Assembly: GCA_963700285.1 (NCBI GenBank)
Contig: CAVOXA010000001.1
Coordinates: 896,001 to 960,000 of the forward strand
Source: an uncultured Chloroflexia bacterium
GTDB taxonomy: Bacteria; Chloroflexota; Anaerolineae; JAAYZQ01
Length of the DNA stretch: 64,000 nt
Direction: 5' to 3'
Position 1 is the stretch's first letter. Each line of letters opens with the position of its first letter. The notes under the pieces are model-generated. The model saw only the letters and a program-made list of their open reading frames with translations, was not told the DNA's origin and ran no database searches. The translations under genes were made by a program, and so were the position numbers. Shown here piece after piece: positions 22,375-31,917 of the stretch.

Positions 22375-23304
22375 TCACTCTCCGCCCAGCAGGCGGCAAT
22401 AGCTCTCATAGCGATCTGGATGGATGTCCCCGGCCTGGACTGCGGCCTTGACAGCGCACTCGGGCTCGTGCGTATGGGTACAGCTTGAGAAATGACAGTC
22501 GCTCAGGAGGGGCCGCATCTCTACATAGTGCCAGGCCAGCTCCTCGGGCTCGATGTCCCAAAGCCCAGCTTCGCGCAGGCCTGGGCTATCAGCCACGAAA
22601 CCACCGCCGGTCAACGGCCACAACCGAACGCCAACCGTTGTGTGGCGCCCTTTGCCGGTCGCGTCGCTGATCTCGCGCACCGCGAGGCCCAAGTTGGGTT
22701 GAACAGCATTGAGAAGGCTGCTTTTCCCGACGCCGGAGGGCCCACACAACACGCTCAACTGGCCGAACAACCGGTTGCGCAAGGCGGTTACGCCCTGGCC
22801 GGTGTGGGCGCTGGTATAGATCACCGGGTAGCCAATCTCCTCGTACACCCCGAACAGTGCTCGAGCTTGCTCTAATTCCTTGCAGGCCCCGTCACCGGCA
22901 TTGCAAAGCAGATCGATTTTGTTGGCGCAGATGATGGCCGGCAGATCGTTGTTCTCGGCGAGGACGAGAAGACGGTCCAGCATGCGTAGGTGGGGTTCCG
23001 GGTCTCGCACGGAAAAAATGTATACCGCCTGGTCCGGGTTGGCAACGATGACCTGTTCGGCCTCGACGTGGCCAGGCCGGCGGCGGCTCAATTGCGTCTC
23101 TCGCGGCAGGACCTCTTCGATCACACCCCTGCCCGGCCTGGTTGCCCTCCAAAGGACCCAGTCCCCGGCAGTGATGAGATCGGTGGCCAGCTTCTCCTTC
23201 TTGAGCTTTCCACGCACATGGCACAGGGCAATACTCTCCCCGTCTTGGACCTTGTGCCGCCCGCTACGGGCCTGGAGAACGGTTCCGCTCTTAAGCTCAG
23301 CCAA
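22375..23304 (-). CDS. rsgA: Ribosome small subunit-dependent GTPase A
   Basis: NKID, GPSGVGKSS, GKGRHTT, DSPG, zinc finger CHFSSCTHTHEPEC. Confidence 0.95.
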   Translation of the reverse strand: MAELKSGTVLQARSGRHKVQDGESIALCHVRGKLKKEKLATDLITAGDWVLWRATRPGRGVIEEVLPRETQLSRRRPGHVEAEQVIVANPDQAVYIFSVRDPEPHLRMLDRLLVLAENNDLPAIICANKIDLLCNAGDGACKELEQARALFGVYEEIGYPVIYTSAHTGQGVTALRNRLFGQLSVLCGPSGVGKSSLLNAVQPNLGLAVREISDATGKGRHTTVGVRLWPLTGGGFVADSPGLREAGLWDIEPEELAWHYVEMRPLLSDCHFSSCTHTHEPECAVKAAVQAGDIHPDRYESYCRLLGGE

Positions 23305-23472
23305 TACCTACCCTCATCTGCATCACTCACCGAGGACATCTGTCCGAGTCGTGTTCACAGATTATACCCCAGGCAGTCAGCCAGGTCAAATGAGCGGACA
23401 TAAGGGCAAACGGACGACTGCGGTTTCCTATGTTAACTTGAGGCGTTGGTGCGTGCACGCAGTCTGTCAAAG

Positions 23473-23501
23473 TTGCCAAACTCGCAAAGAACTGGTATAA
23501 T
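23473..23501 (+). promoter_or_regulatory. Sigma70-type promoter for polX
   Basis: TTGCCA-17-TATAAT with an extended -10 TG. Confidence 0.6.
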
Positions 23502-23538
23502 CATCGTGAATCGTGAGATATGTACTGAGCCTTGATGT

Positions 23539-25302
23539 ATGACCAACTATGAAATAGCCGAGCTTTTCAAGCGCATCGGGGATATGATGGACATCCTGGG
23601 CGAGAACCGCTTCAAGGTACTCGCCTATCGGCGTGCCTCCGAAAATATCGAGGCTTTGGGCCAGGACATCCGTGTTTATTGGCAGGAGGGCACGCTTGAG
23701 GAGATTCCCGGTATCGGGAAGGCCATCGCCGAAAAGATTGATGAGCTTCTGAGAACGGGCCATCTGGCGTTCTATGAGCGCTTGCAGGACCAGGTACCAA
23801 CCGGCGTCGTCTCGCTGCTGGAGGTTCCTGACGTGGGTCCGAAGACGGCCAAGCTAATGTGGGAGCAGCTGGGGTTACAAAGTGTAGCCGAGGTGGAGAC
23901 GGCAGCACGGGCCGGCCAATTGCGGGCTCTGCCCGGGCTGGGCGCCAAGTCCGAGGCCAAGATCTTGGCTGGCATCGAGGCCTTGTACCGGCGCAGTGAC
24001 CGCATTCCTTTGGGCACGGCCTGGCCGGTTGGCATCGAGCTGGTGGAGGCTCTGAGGAAATCTTGCCCGGCTGTCCGGCAGGCCACAGTGGCGGGCAGCT
24101 TGCGGCGCATGCAAGCCACCATCGGTGACATAGACCTGCTGGCAGGGTCGGAGGTTCCATCTGAGGTGATGCGGGCCTTTGTCAATCTACCACAGGTGGC
24201 CGAAGTAGTACTCAGCGGCTTGACCAAGACCACGGTGCGGCTGCACAATGGCTTGCAAGTGGACCTGCGGGTTCTTGAGCCAGAGCGCTGGGGGGCTGCG
24301 CTGCAGTACTTTACCGGCAGTCAAGCACACAATGTCCGCCTCCGAGAGATGGCCCGCAAAGCGGAACTGAGCCTGAGTGAGTATGGCTTCAAGCGGGAAG
24401 ATGGCAGCGAGATCTTGTGTGCTCGAGAGGAAGAGGTGTACGGGACGCTGGGCTTGCCCTGGATCCCGCCCGAGATGCGCGAGGATCGGGGCGAGTTCCA
24501 ATCGGCGCTGGCCGGTGATCTACCCCGGCTGGTAGAATGGGCCGATATTCGTGGCGACCTGCATGCTCACACCGACTGGAGCGATGGGGCCGGTACCCTG
24601 GCAGAGATGGCCGATGCGGCGCAAGAGCGGGGCTATCGCTATTTGGTTATCTCCGACCACACCCAGAGCCTGGGCGTCGCCAATGGCCTGACGGTCGAGC
24701 GGCTGCGCGCCCAGCGGGCCGAGATCGATGCCCTGAACAGCGGACGGAATGGGGTTCTCCTGCTTCAGGGTTGCGAACTGGAGATCAAGGCCGACGGCAG
24801 CCTGGATTATCCTGACGAGGTCCTGGCTCAACTGGACTTTGTCGTGGCCTCGGTGCATACTTCGCTGCGCCAGGATCGGGCGCAGATCACCGGGCGTGTC
24901 TTGAACGCCTTGCACAACCCCTACGTTGACGTCATTGGCCACCCGTCAGGCCGCATTCTTGGCCAGCGTGAGGCAAGCGCCGTGGACCTGGATGCCGTGA
25001 TCAAGGTCGCCGCCGAGACCGGCACGGCTCTGGAGGTAAACAGTATCCCTGCCCGCCTCGATTTGGACGATATTCACGTACGCCATGCTTTGGAAATGGG
25101 CGTCAGGGTGGCCATCAACAGTGATGCCCACCATCCCGGCGGCCTGGATAGCCTGCCCTTTGGTCTGGCCACTGCGCGACGTGGCTGGGCCACGAGTCTC
25201 GATGTACTCAACACGATGACGATAGAGGATCTTTTTGTCTGGCGCCAAGCCAGAATCGCACGACAACAAAGTACAGAGGAGGGGAATCATGTCGCAGTAT
25301 GA
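23539..25302 (+). CDS. polX: DNA polymerase X with PHP (3'-5' exonuclease) domain
   Basis: HhH repeats (IPGIGK, GPKT, PGLGAKS), GSLRR..GDIDLL, QVDLR, YFTGSQAHN; PHP motifs HAHT..SDG, SDH, GHP, NSDAH. Confidence 0.95.
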   Translation: MTNYEIAELFKRIGDMMDILGENRFKVLAYRRASENIEALGQDIRVYWQEGTLEEIPGIGKAIAEKIDELLRTGHLAFYERLQDQVPTGVVSLLEVPDVGPKTAKLMWEQLGLQSVAEVETAARAGQLRALPGLGAKSEAKILAGIEALYRRSDRIPLGTAWPVGIELVEALRKSCPAVRQATVAGSLRRMQATIGDIDLLAGSEVPSEVMRAFVNLPQVAEVVLSGLTKTTVRLHNGLQVDLRVLEPERWGAALQYFTGSQAHNVRLREMARKAELSLSEYGFKREDGSEILCAREEEVYGTLGLPWIPPEMREDRGEFQSALAGDLPRLVEWADIRGDLHAHTDWSDGAGTLAEMADAAQERGYRYLVISDHTQSLGVANGLTVERLRAQRAEIDALNSGRNGVLLLQGCELEIKADGSLDYPDEVLAQLDFVVASVHTSLRQDRAQITGRVLNALHNPYVDVIGHPSGRILGQREASAVDLDAVIKVAAETGTALEVNSIPARLDLDDIHVRHALEMGVRVAINSDAHHPGGLDSLPFGLATARRGWATSLDVLNTMTIEDLFVWRQARIARQQSTEEGNHVAV

Positions 25303-25876
25303 TGCGGGTCCAGGGGACTATAGTGATCGTGAGTGGGAGGCGCCTGACTGGGAGCAGGAGCCTCAAGCCACTCGGCAGCGGCTGGCCTTGCCTCCGTGGG
25401 CATTGCTGGCCATTGTCGTTGCAGCCGTGATCTTGCTGTGTGTGGGGTTATTCCTTATCGTTCGGGCCATCCGCGAAGGGAGTGCCACAGAGGCCCCAAT
25501 CCCCACCGCCACGGCAACACGCCGGGCTTTGCCCACCGCAACTCTGACGCTCCCGGTGCCAACGGCCACTATCGCCCTGCCCACGGCAACCCTCGAGCTG
25601 CCCACGCTTGAGCCGACGGAGCTGCCGCCGGCCGATACCGGTGGTATTGCGCCCGGAGTCAATGTCGCGGTTGTTGGAACCAACCCAGACGGGCTGAACA
25701 TCCGCGCGGAGCCCAGTACCAGCGCCAAGTTGCTAAAAAACGTGAGGGACAAGACTACTTTGGAAGTACTCGATGGCCCCGTACAGGCTGAATCGTACGT
25801 GTGGTGGAAGGTCAGACCTGTCAGAGACAAAACGGTCGAGGGCTGGGCTGTCGGCCAGTATCTGGAACTCAAGTAG
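25289..25876 (+). CDS. Membrane-anchored SH3 (SH3_3) domain protein with a PTAT-rich linker
   Basis: One TM helix; PTATAT/PTATL repeats; GLNIRAEPS...LDGP...YVWWKV...GWAVGQYL. Confidence 0.8.
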   Translation: MSQYDAGPGDYSDREWEAPDWEQEPQATRQRLALPPWALLAIVVAAVILLCVGLFLIVRAIREGSATEAPIPTATATRRALPTATLTLPVPTATIALPTATLELPTLEPTELPPADTGGIAPGVNVAVVGTNPDGLNIRAEPSTSAKLLKNVRDKTTLEVLDGPVQAESYVWWKVRPVRDKTVEGWAVGQYLELK

Positions 25877-25928
25877 AAGAGTGCCTGGACGGGACTGTTT
25901 CCAAACTGTGCTCCGGCTCATGCCCGGA

Positions 25929-25959
25929 TGTTTGGACCTGCATTCTACGGGTCCAAACA
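25929..25959. other. Stem-loop between the SH3 gene and pspC
   Basis: TGTTTGGACCTG / CGGGTCCAAACA arms, 12 bp with one G-U pair. Confidence 0.4.
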
Positions 25960-26051
25960 GATTCCGCTGGCCTTTGATGGATGTGTGCAACCTCCATGCC
26001 GGTTCTGCGTAGATAGGTGAAAAGAGCTATCGCACACTGGGAGGTCTGACA

Positions 26052-26252
26052 ATGAGTGACGGGAAGAAGCTTCGGCGTTCGAGGAGCAATCGCTGGATCG
26101 GAGGCATCTGTGGTGGTCTGGGTGAGTTCTTTGGGCTGAGTGCTTTTTGGTTCCGCCTGCTGTTTTTTATCCTGGTGTTGCCGGGTGGCCTTCCCGGCAT
26201 CTTGCCCTACCTTGTCCTCTGGCTCATCATCCCTATGGAAGAGCGTCAGTAG
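26052..26252 (+). CDS. pspC: PspC domain protein
   Basis: KKLRRSRSNRWIGGICGGLGEFF...YLVLWLIIP; GGAGG RBS. Confidence 0.9.
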   Translation: MSDGKKLRRSRSNRWIGGICGGLGEFFGLSAFWFRLLFFILVLPGGLPGILPYLVLWLIIPMEERQ

Positions 26253-26289
26253 GTTGCCCAGAAGCGTGAGCCACTGTTCTCTCGCCAGT

Positions 26290-26321
26290 AAAAGCCCCCG
26301 GAGTCTCCGGGGGCTTTTTTT
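26290..26321 (+). terminator. Intrinsic terminator (potentially bidirectional)
   Basis: AAAAGCCCCCGGA-GTC-TCCGGGGGCTTTTTTT. Confidence 0.9.
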
Positions 26322-26402
26322 CCTGCAGCCCCCAATGTGACAACGTAGATCAACGAAATTGGCTTGCTTGAGCGGCTCACGCTTGCGCGGTGCGTGGGCA
26401 CT

Positions 26403-26430
26403 TTGATAGCGTCGAGGAGTATGGTATAAT
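26403..26430 (+). promoter_or_regulatory. Sigma70-type promoter for the AKR operon
   Basis: TTGATA-16-TATAAT with an extended TG. Confidence 0.55.
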
Positions 26431-26475
26431 CCTCGGTGGGCATATACTCGGTGCGATTCAGGAGCGAACGACACG

Positions 26476-27444
26476 ATGGAATACCGAAAGATGGGGCGTT
26501 CAGGGCTGGAGGTCTCGGAACTGGCACTGGGTACGATGCAGTTTGGTTGGACGGCGGACGAAGCGATTGCCTTTGACATCATGGATGCCTATGTCGAGGC
26601 GGGCGGCAACATGATCGACACGGCCAACGTCTATTCCAACTGGGCGGAAGGCAATCCCGGTGGCGTATCGGAAGCGATTGTGGGTCGCTGGCTAAAGAAT
26701 CGCGTCAACCGAAAGGACATTGTCCTCGCTACCAAAGTCCGGGGTCGCATGTGGGAAGGGCCTAACGGCGAGGGACTGGGCCGCGCCCACATTGCGCGCG
26801 CGGTCGAGGATAGCCTGCGGCGTCTGCAGACAGATTACATAGACCTGTATCAGACCCACTGGTTCGATGCCAGCACGTCTGTCGAGGAGACGATGCGCGT
26901 TTTCGATGACCTGGTTAGGCAGGGCAAAGTGCGTTACGTGGGCTGCTCCAATCATCCTGCCTGGCGGCTGGTCGAAGCGTTGTGGGCAAGTGACAAGCTG
27001 GGATTGGTGAGCTATGCGTCACTGCAGCCCCACTACAACCTTGTACATCGAGCTGAGTTTGAGCAAGAGATGGCTGCGGTCGTCAGGGCCTATGGACTGG
27101 GCCTGTTTCCCTACAGCCCGCTGGCAGGTGGATTTCTGACGGGCAAGTACCGCCAGGGGGCGCCGTCACCAGACAGCGCCCGTGCCGGCCGCATTCAGGA
27201 GCGCTACTTTTGCGAACGCAATTTCAAGCTTCTGGCCAGGATGGAAACGATTGGGCTCAAGTGGGGTCAAGGGGCAGCGCAAGTGGCGCTGGCCTGGCTG
27301 TTGGCCAATCCGCTCGTAACCGCCCCGATTGTCGGCGCCAACAGCGTGGCGCAACTGCGGGCAAGCCTGGCTGCCGTGGGGTTCCGCCTGGAAAACGATG
27401 AGCTGGCGGAGCTGGACAAGCTTGGCGACTGGCAAGCACCATGA
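26476..27444 (+). CDS. Aldo/keto reductase
   Basis: [48 protein letters not shown]. Confidence 0.95.
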   Translation: MEYRKMGRSGLEVSELALGTMQFGWTADEAIAFDIMDAYVEAGGNMIDTANVYSNWAEGNPGGVSEAIVGRWLKNRVNRKDIVLATKVRGRMWEGPNGEGLGRAHIARAVEDSLRRLQTDYIDLYQTHWFDASTSVEETMRVFDDLVRQGKVRYVGCSNHPAWRLVEALWASDKLGLVSYASLQPHYNLVHRAEFEQEMAAVVRAYGLGLFPYSPLAGGFLTGKYRQGAPSPDSARAGRIQERYFCERNFKLLARMETIGLKWGQGAAQVALAWLLANPLVTAPIVGANSVAQLRASLAAVGFRLENDELAELDKLGDWQAP

Positions 27445-28592
27445 TCACGCTCGAACTACCCGCATCCCTGAATGGCCCGCTGGCTCAGGGGCATCCCTGG
27501 ATCTACCGCAACCATGTTCCTCAGGCGCCGGACCTGGCTTCGGGTACGTGGGTCAGGGTGCGCTGCGGTGGGTTTTCTGGCTTTGGATTGTGGGACGCCC
27601 AGAGTGCTATTGCCGTGCGCCTTTTCTCGCGAACGGCCGAGCCCGATGCTGGCTGGGTAGCGGATCGGGTAGCCGACGCTTGGGATCTGCGGGCACCGGT
27701 GCGTGCCGGCGCCACCTCTGGCTACCGTTGGGTATATGGCGAGAGCGATGGACTGCCCGCCATCGTTGTGGATCTCTATGGCGAGTTTGCCGCCATCCGG
27801 ACCTTTGTCGAGAGCGTTGAGAGTTTGGTCCCATGGGTGGCTGACGCCCTGCACGCGCATACGTCGCTGCAAGGTATCGTCTGGCGTCGAGCCAGGGGGC
27901 AGGCGGAATCACTGTGGGGCCGGCTCCCGCCCAACGATCATACCATTGAAGAGCATGGATTGCTTTTCCGGGTCGATCTCTTTTCTGGGCAAAAGACAGG
28001 CTTGTTCTTTGATCAACGTGAGAACCGTCTGATCTTGTCGCCCTGGTGCCAGGGCAAGGCTGTGCTCGATTGCTTCTGCTATACCGGAGCCTTTGCGCTC
28101 TATGCACTCCGCGGAGGCGCAGGCTCGGTTACGGCCTGTGACGCCTCTGCCGGGGCTGTAGACGCAGCGCGAGAGAACCTGTACCTCAACGGTTTTGAAC
28201 CTGGCCGGAATGCCCTTCTGGTCCAGGACTGTTTTGCCCTGCTGGACAGGTTTGCCGCGGAAAAGCGCCAGTTCGATGTGGTCATTCTCGATCCGCCGAG
28301 TTTTGCCCGCGACCGGCAAAGCCGCCATGCAGCAGAGCGGGCCTATGTGCGGCTGAATCGACAGGCGCTGCGCTGTGTCAGAGAGGGAGGACTACTTGCC
28401 TCGGCCAGTTGCACGAGCCAGGTATCACCTTCTGCGTTCCACCAGGCCCTGGCCGAGGCGGCGCGTCAGGCTGGACGGCGCCTGCAGATTGTGCACGATG
28501 CCGGCCAGGCCGTGGATCATCCCGTACCGGCCCATTTTCCCGAGGCCCGCTATCTCAAGTTCATGCTCTGCCGGGTTCTGCCCATATCCTAG
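27441..28592 (+). CDS. Class I SAM-dependent rRNA methyltransferase (RlmI-like)
   Basis: [52 protein letters not shown]. Confidence 0.9.
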   Translation: MITLELPASLNGPLAQGHPWIYRNHVPQAPDLASGTWVRVRCGGFSGFGLWDAQSAIAVRLFSRTAEPDAGWVADRVADAWDLRAPVRAGATSGYRWVYGESDGLPAIVVDLYGEFAAIRTFVESVESLVPWVADALHAHTSLQGIVWRRARGQAESLWGRLPPNDHTIEEHGLLFRVDLFSGQKTGLFFDQRENRLILSPWCQGKAVLDCFCYTGAFALYALRGGAGSVTACDASAGAVDAARENLYLNGFEPGRNALLVQDCFALLDRFAAEKRQFDVVILDPPSFARDRQSRHAAERAYVRLNRQALRCVREGGLLASASCTSQVSPSAFHQALAEAARQAGRRLQIVHDAGQAVDHPVPAHFPEARYLKFMLCRVLPIS

Positions 28593-28684
28593 AAGCGGTA
28601 TGGACGGGAGCGAACCTTCTTGAGCACGGGGCAGGGCATGGGAATGGGAACTGGGCATTCTGACTTTTCGAGGGTGACTGCCAC

Positions 28685-28719
28685 AAAAAAGGCACCCCCG
28701 GCGCCAGGCCGGGAGTGCC
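28685..28719 (-). terminator. Intrinsic terminator on the minus strand
   Basis: Minus strand GGCACTCCCGGC-CTGGC-GCCGGGGGTGCC followed by TTTTTT. Confidence 0.8.
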
Positions 28720-28892
28720 CCATACTTGAAAGCGCTTGTTATTCCTTTCGCCTCGCGCAACATCCAGCTCGTCGTTCACCGCGTCTACCTCGGCCCTAGC
28801 GACGTTGAGATCCGCCTCCACCTGTACTCAAGGCCGAACGATACCAATATCATACGATGCCTTCAAGCAGAAATCGAATGGGCAAATCGGGA

Positions 28893-29861
28893 TCAGCCTT
28901 CGTACAAGGCCTCTATCTGGCGGGCAAAGTCCCGGATGCTTTGGCGCAGGACCGCCGGTTCGAGTACTTGTATCGCTCCGCCGCAGCCAAGGATTCGTTG
29001 GCGGGCATCCTCAAGGGTATCGAACGAGATGGTCAGCTCGATCCACCCACTGTCACCTGCCGGACCGGCTTCCCTGACCTTATCGCTGATATCCTCGCCA
29101 AAGTGGTGGGTGAGATAGGGGACAAGTTGCGGAGCGACGCATAGGGTAACGGGATAGTGTGGACGGTTGGCTTCAGCCTCCGCGCACCATGCCTGCCAAA
29201 AGTTTACCAGATCAAAGTCTGCCGGGCGAGTGAACTGCTCGTTTGTAAGGCTGGCTTCAACCAACTGGGCGACGCGGTGGACGCGAATGTGCTGGCCCTG
29301 GCCACAAACCAGGTACCAGGCGATGCCCTTGGCGACGAGTCCGTAGGGCTCGACGATCCGTTGAACTTGAGTCTCGAACGGCAGGCGATAGGTCAGTCTC
29401 AGCCTGCGATCGTCCCAGAGCGCCCGTTGAATTGTTGCCAGGAGAGGCACTGGCCTGCGGACTTGGAACCATCCTGTTGGGTCCAGGTGGACGCGCTGGC
29501 GCGCCCGCTCTTGGTCCTGACGGCGGCCCGCGGGCAGGGAGGCGGAGAGCTTGAGCAAAGCGGATCTGACCTCCTGGTCGACTCCCAGCTCCGCCAAGGG
29601 GGCGGGAATGCCGAGCATGAACAGGGCCCGTACCTCCTCCTCAGTCAAGCCCGTGAGCGTTGTACGGTAGCTGTCCATCAGTGCGCAACCGCCCCCAGGC
29701 CCTCGTTCGGCGTACACAGGGACACCGGCCGCACAGAGGGCGTCCATGTCCCGATAGATCGTCCGTACCGAGACCTCCATCTCTTGGGCCAGTTCCCGTG
29801 CCGTCAGGCGCCCGCGGGCTTGCAGGAGCAAGAGTATCGACAGTAGCCGGTCAGCACGCAT
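28893..29861 (-). CDS. YafY-family HTH-WYL transcriptional regulator
   Basis: MRADRLLSILLLL, ELAQEMEVSVRTIYRD HTH, RGPGGG, VEPYGLVAKGIAWYLV. Confidence 0.95.
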   Translation of the reverse strand: MRADRLLSILLLLQARGRLTARELAQEMEVSVRTIYRDMDALCAAGVPVYAERGPGGGCALMDSYRTTLTGLTEEEVRALFMLGIPAPLAELGVDQEVRSALLKLSASLPAGRRQDQERARQRVHLDPTGWFQVRRPVPLLATIQRALWDDRRLRLTYRLPFETQVQRIVEPYGLVAKGIAWYLVCGQGQHIRVHRVAQLVEASLTNEQFTRPADFDLVNFWQAWCAEAEANRPHYPVTLCVAPQLVPYLTHHFGEDISDKVREAGPAGDSGWIELTISFDTLEDARQRILGCGGAIQVLEPAVLRQSIRDFARQIEALYEG

Positions 29862-29907
29862 TGGCATGGCCCCCCAGATCCAGATTCTCTACCATTATAC
29901 CATAAAT

Positions 29908-29926
29908 CCTGACAGGAGATGTCAGG
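29908..29926. promoter_or_regulatory. Palindromic operator between the divergent WYL regulator and GyrI-like gene
   Basis: CCTGACA-GGAGA-TGTCAGG, flanked by the symmetric ATACCATA/TATGGTAT and a minus-strand TATAAT (29894-29899). Confidence 0.7.
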
Positions 29927-30046
29927 TAAGGTATGGTATGGTAGGCTGACAGTGGCGCCTGGTTGCATCACGGGGCAGATAGAGCACTCGACCGCTGTAC
30001 TTGACCCGGGCGAACACAATCCTGAAAAAGGGAGGGAAACTGAACG

Positions 30047-30517
30047 ATGAAAGCATTGGATGTGCGGATCGTACGTTTGAAGCCGATGCGCGTTGCCTCG
30101 GCCCATGGCTTTGGTCAGAGTCCGGAAGAGATAGCCTGGAACAAGATCCTGGCTTTTGGAGATGCAAATAGCCTGCTAGACACGCCCGAAGGACTGCGTT
30201 TCTTCGGCTTCAACAATCCAAACCCCGCCCCTGGCAGCCCGAACTATGGCTATGAACAGTGGATGACCGTGGGCCCCGCTGTTGAAGGGGAGGGCGACGT
30301 GACCATCAAAGAGATACCCTCCAGGCTTTATGCTGTGGCGCGCTGCGAGGGACTCGATACCATCGGTGAGGTGTGGAAACAACTGGTCATCTGGTTTGAA
30401 GACAGTCACTACAAGAAGCCATCTCATTTCTACGAGGGTCTTGAAGAGCTGCTTGTGCCCCCGGACAGTTCCTACGAAGACTATGTTTTTGATCTCTATC
30501 TGCCCATAGCAGAGTGA
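30047..30517 (+). CDS. GyrI-like small-molecule-binding (effector-binding) protein
   Basis: VRIVRLKPMRVAS, FFGFNNPNP...YGYEQW, YAVARC, FDLYLPI. Confidence 0.85.
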   Translation: MKALDVRIVRLKPMRVASAHGFGQSPEEIAWNKILAFGDANSLLDTPEGLRFFGFNNPNPAPGSPNYGYEQWMTVGPAVEGEGDVTIKEIPSRLYAVARCEGLDTIGEVWKQLVIWFEDSHYKKPSHFYEGLEELLVPPDSSYEDYVFDLYLPIAE

Positions 30518-30539
30518 CGCAGCCAGAGTCGAACAGTAT

Positions 30540-30571
30540 GCGCCCTGCCCAGTACCGTCTGGGCAGGGCGC
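30540..30571 (+). terminator. GC-rich stem-loop after the GyrI-like gene
   Basis: GCGCCCTGCCCAG-TACCGT-CTGGGCAGGGCGC, a perfect 13-bp stem; no clear U tract. Confidence 0.6.
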
Positions 30572-30582
30572 TGTCTATCAGC

Positions 30583-30611
30583 TTGACGGTCTGCCAAGGT
30601 CATGCTATACT
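30583..30611 (+). promoter_or_regulatory. Sigma70-type promoter upstream of a long structured leader/ncRNA
   Basis: TTGACG-17-TATACT with an extended TGn. Confidence 0.65.
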
Positions 30612-30617
30612 GCCCCT

Positions 30618-30865
30618 AGTAGTTGAAAGCCCTGTAACCCCTAGTCCTTGTGTGCCGTAGGGAAACGGACGCAGGGGTCTACTCCCGGAAACCGAGGATC
30701 GAGCCCCGATCGTATCCCCAGCTTTGCTCTTGGGAGCGACGCTCGATGGTGCCGCAAAGGGACTGGCTCTCGATGCTCTTCGCTCACTGATACTGCTTCC
30801 CGCTGGCAGCACATACTGCCCAGGTGGCAGCCCGAGAGTGCAGAGCAACCGGTCCACCGGTCCGG
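30618..30865 (+). ncRNA. Candidate structured RNA (family not recognised)
   Basis: Follows a good promoter; long-range stem 30641-30658/30746-30766 with inner hairpins; second domain 30774-30847 with twin hairpins; about 350 nt with no credible ORF. Confidence 0.35.
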
Positions 30866-30969
30866 GCGACAGTGTCCATTGCACAAGCCAGTGGCCAGTT
30901 GGATGCCATCGGTTGCAGGCTGAGCAGTCATGTCCAAGGCTACATCAGGCAATAGCTGGAATATCAGCC

Positions 30970-31695
30970 ATGATCGGTAGACTCTTCAGGTTGGGCCTGC
31001 TGGTCCTGTTGGCTCCGCTTCTGTACTCCTTCCTACGCCAGGCATACTTGTTCGTACGCGCGGAGATCACCTTTGAGCGCATCGTCTGGTTCCTGGTTGG
31101 CATGGCTTGTTATCTTCTGGTCTACGCGCTCTTTTTCCACGGCAACCAAGAATATGAGTTTCTCGAGACTTTTTCCCACGAGCTCGCGCATGCCATCGTC
31201 TCCATAGCTCTATTCCAGATGCCCCAGAGCTTCACTGTGGATCCCAAGAGCAGGAAAGCAGTCGTAGTGACGCACAGCGGCAGTCCCTTCATGTTCCTGG
31301 CACCCTATTACCTACCCCTCTTCACGATCCCATTTCTGTTGCTCAAGCCCATTGTGCTCCCACAATTTCACGGCCTCGTCGATTTCTGCATAGGCTTCAC
31401 CCTTTGCTTCCACTATGTTGTCTTTCTGAAGGACTTTCGTCTACGGCAAAGCGACATCACGAAAACTGGCATTGTTTTTTCTTTCGTGGTTACCCTTTTC
31501 CTCAACATCCTGTTTCTTGTGGTCATCCTCTGTGTGGTTATCAATTGCTACTCCTGCATACTGGATTATTTTAGGGCATCTTTCGTTGGGGCGGTCGATG
31601 CCTACAAAGCTGCGTTGCAGTGGCTGAGTACCGAATTGCTGCCAAAGCTGAAGGATCTGATCGGCCAACTAGTCCAACGTATTCGAGGCGGCTGA
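30970..31695 (+). CDS. Polytopic membrane protein with HExxH (M50B-like metallopeptidase)
   Basis: ETFSHELAHA, LAPYYLP, QSDI; several TM helices. Confidence 0.7.
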   Translation: MIGRLFRLGLLVLLAPLLYSFLRQAYLFVRAEITFERIVWFLVGMACYLLVYALFFHGNQEYEFLETFSHELAHAIVSIALFQMPQSFTVDPKSRKAVVVTHSGSPFMFLAPYYLPLFTIPFLLLKPIVLPQFHGLVDFCIGFTLCFHYVVFLKDFRLRQSDITKTGIVFSFVVTLFLNILFLVVILCVVINCYSCILDYFRASFVGAVDAYKAALQWLSTELLPKLKDLIGQLVQRIRGG

Positions 31696-31762
31696 GTACT
31701 GATAGAAATACTGTAACTGCTGGGGTAAGCCCAGATCATCCTGCCTGACGTTCGCAGTTGAG

Positions 31763-31791
31763 TTGACTGCCTATCTCTCTCGTGCTACACT
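31763..31791 (+). promoter_or_regulatory. Sigma70-type promoter for the B12-protein operon
   Basis: TTGACT-17-TACACT with TG upstream of the -10. Confidence 0.55.
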
Positions 31792-31917
31792 TTGTCCTGC
31801 ATGGAGGTATCGACAGGAGTTTGATTGGGTGATTCGCAGGTTGCGTAGCGCTGGCGCTGTTGGAGGCCCAGCACGGAGCCCGAGTTTGCTCGCAAGGCGC
31901 AGAGGAGATGCTACAAC

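Noticed and set aside
30650-30710. c-di-GMP-I riboswitch (GGAAACGGACGCA...GGGTCTA resemblance)
   Set aside because: Lacks the conserved GGCAAA and GCAAAGC junction nucleotides; kept only as an unknown structured RNA.
31792-31917. Cobalamin riboswitch ahead of the B12 enzyme
   Set aside because: Too short, and lacks the GGGAA, GCCACTG and AGYCAG.AGACC B12-box elements.
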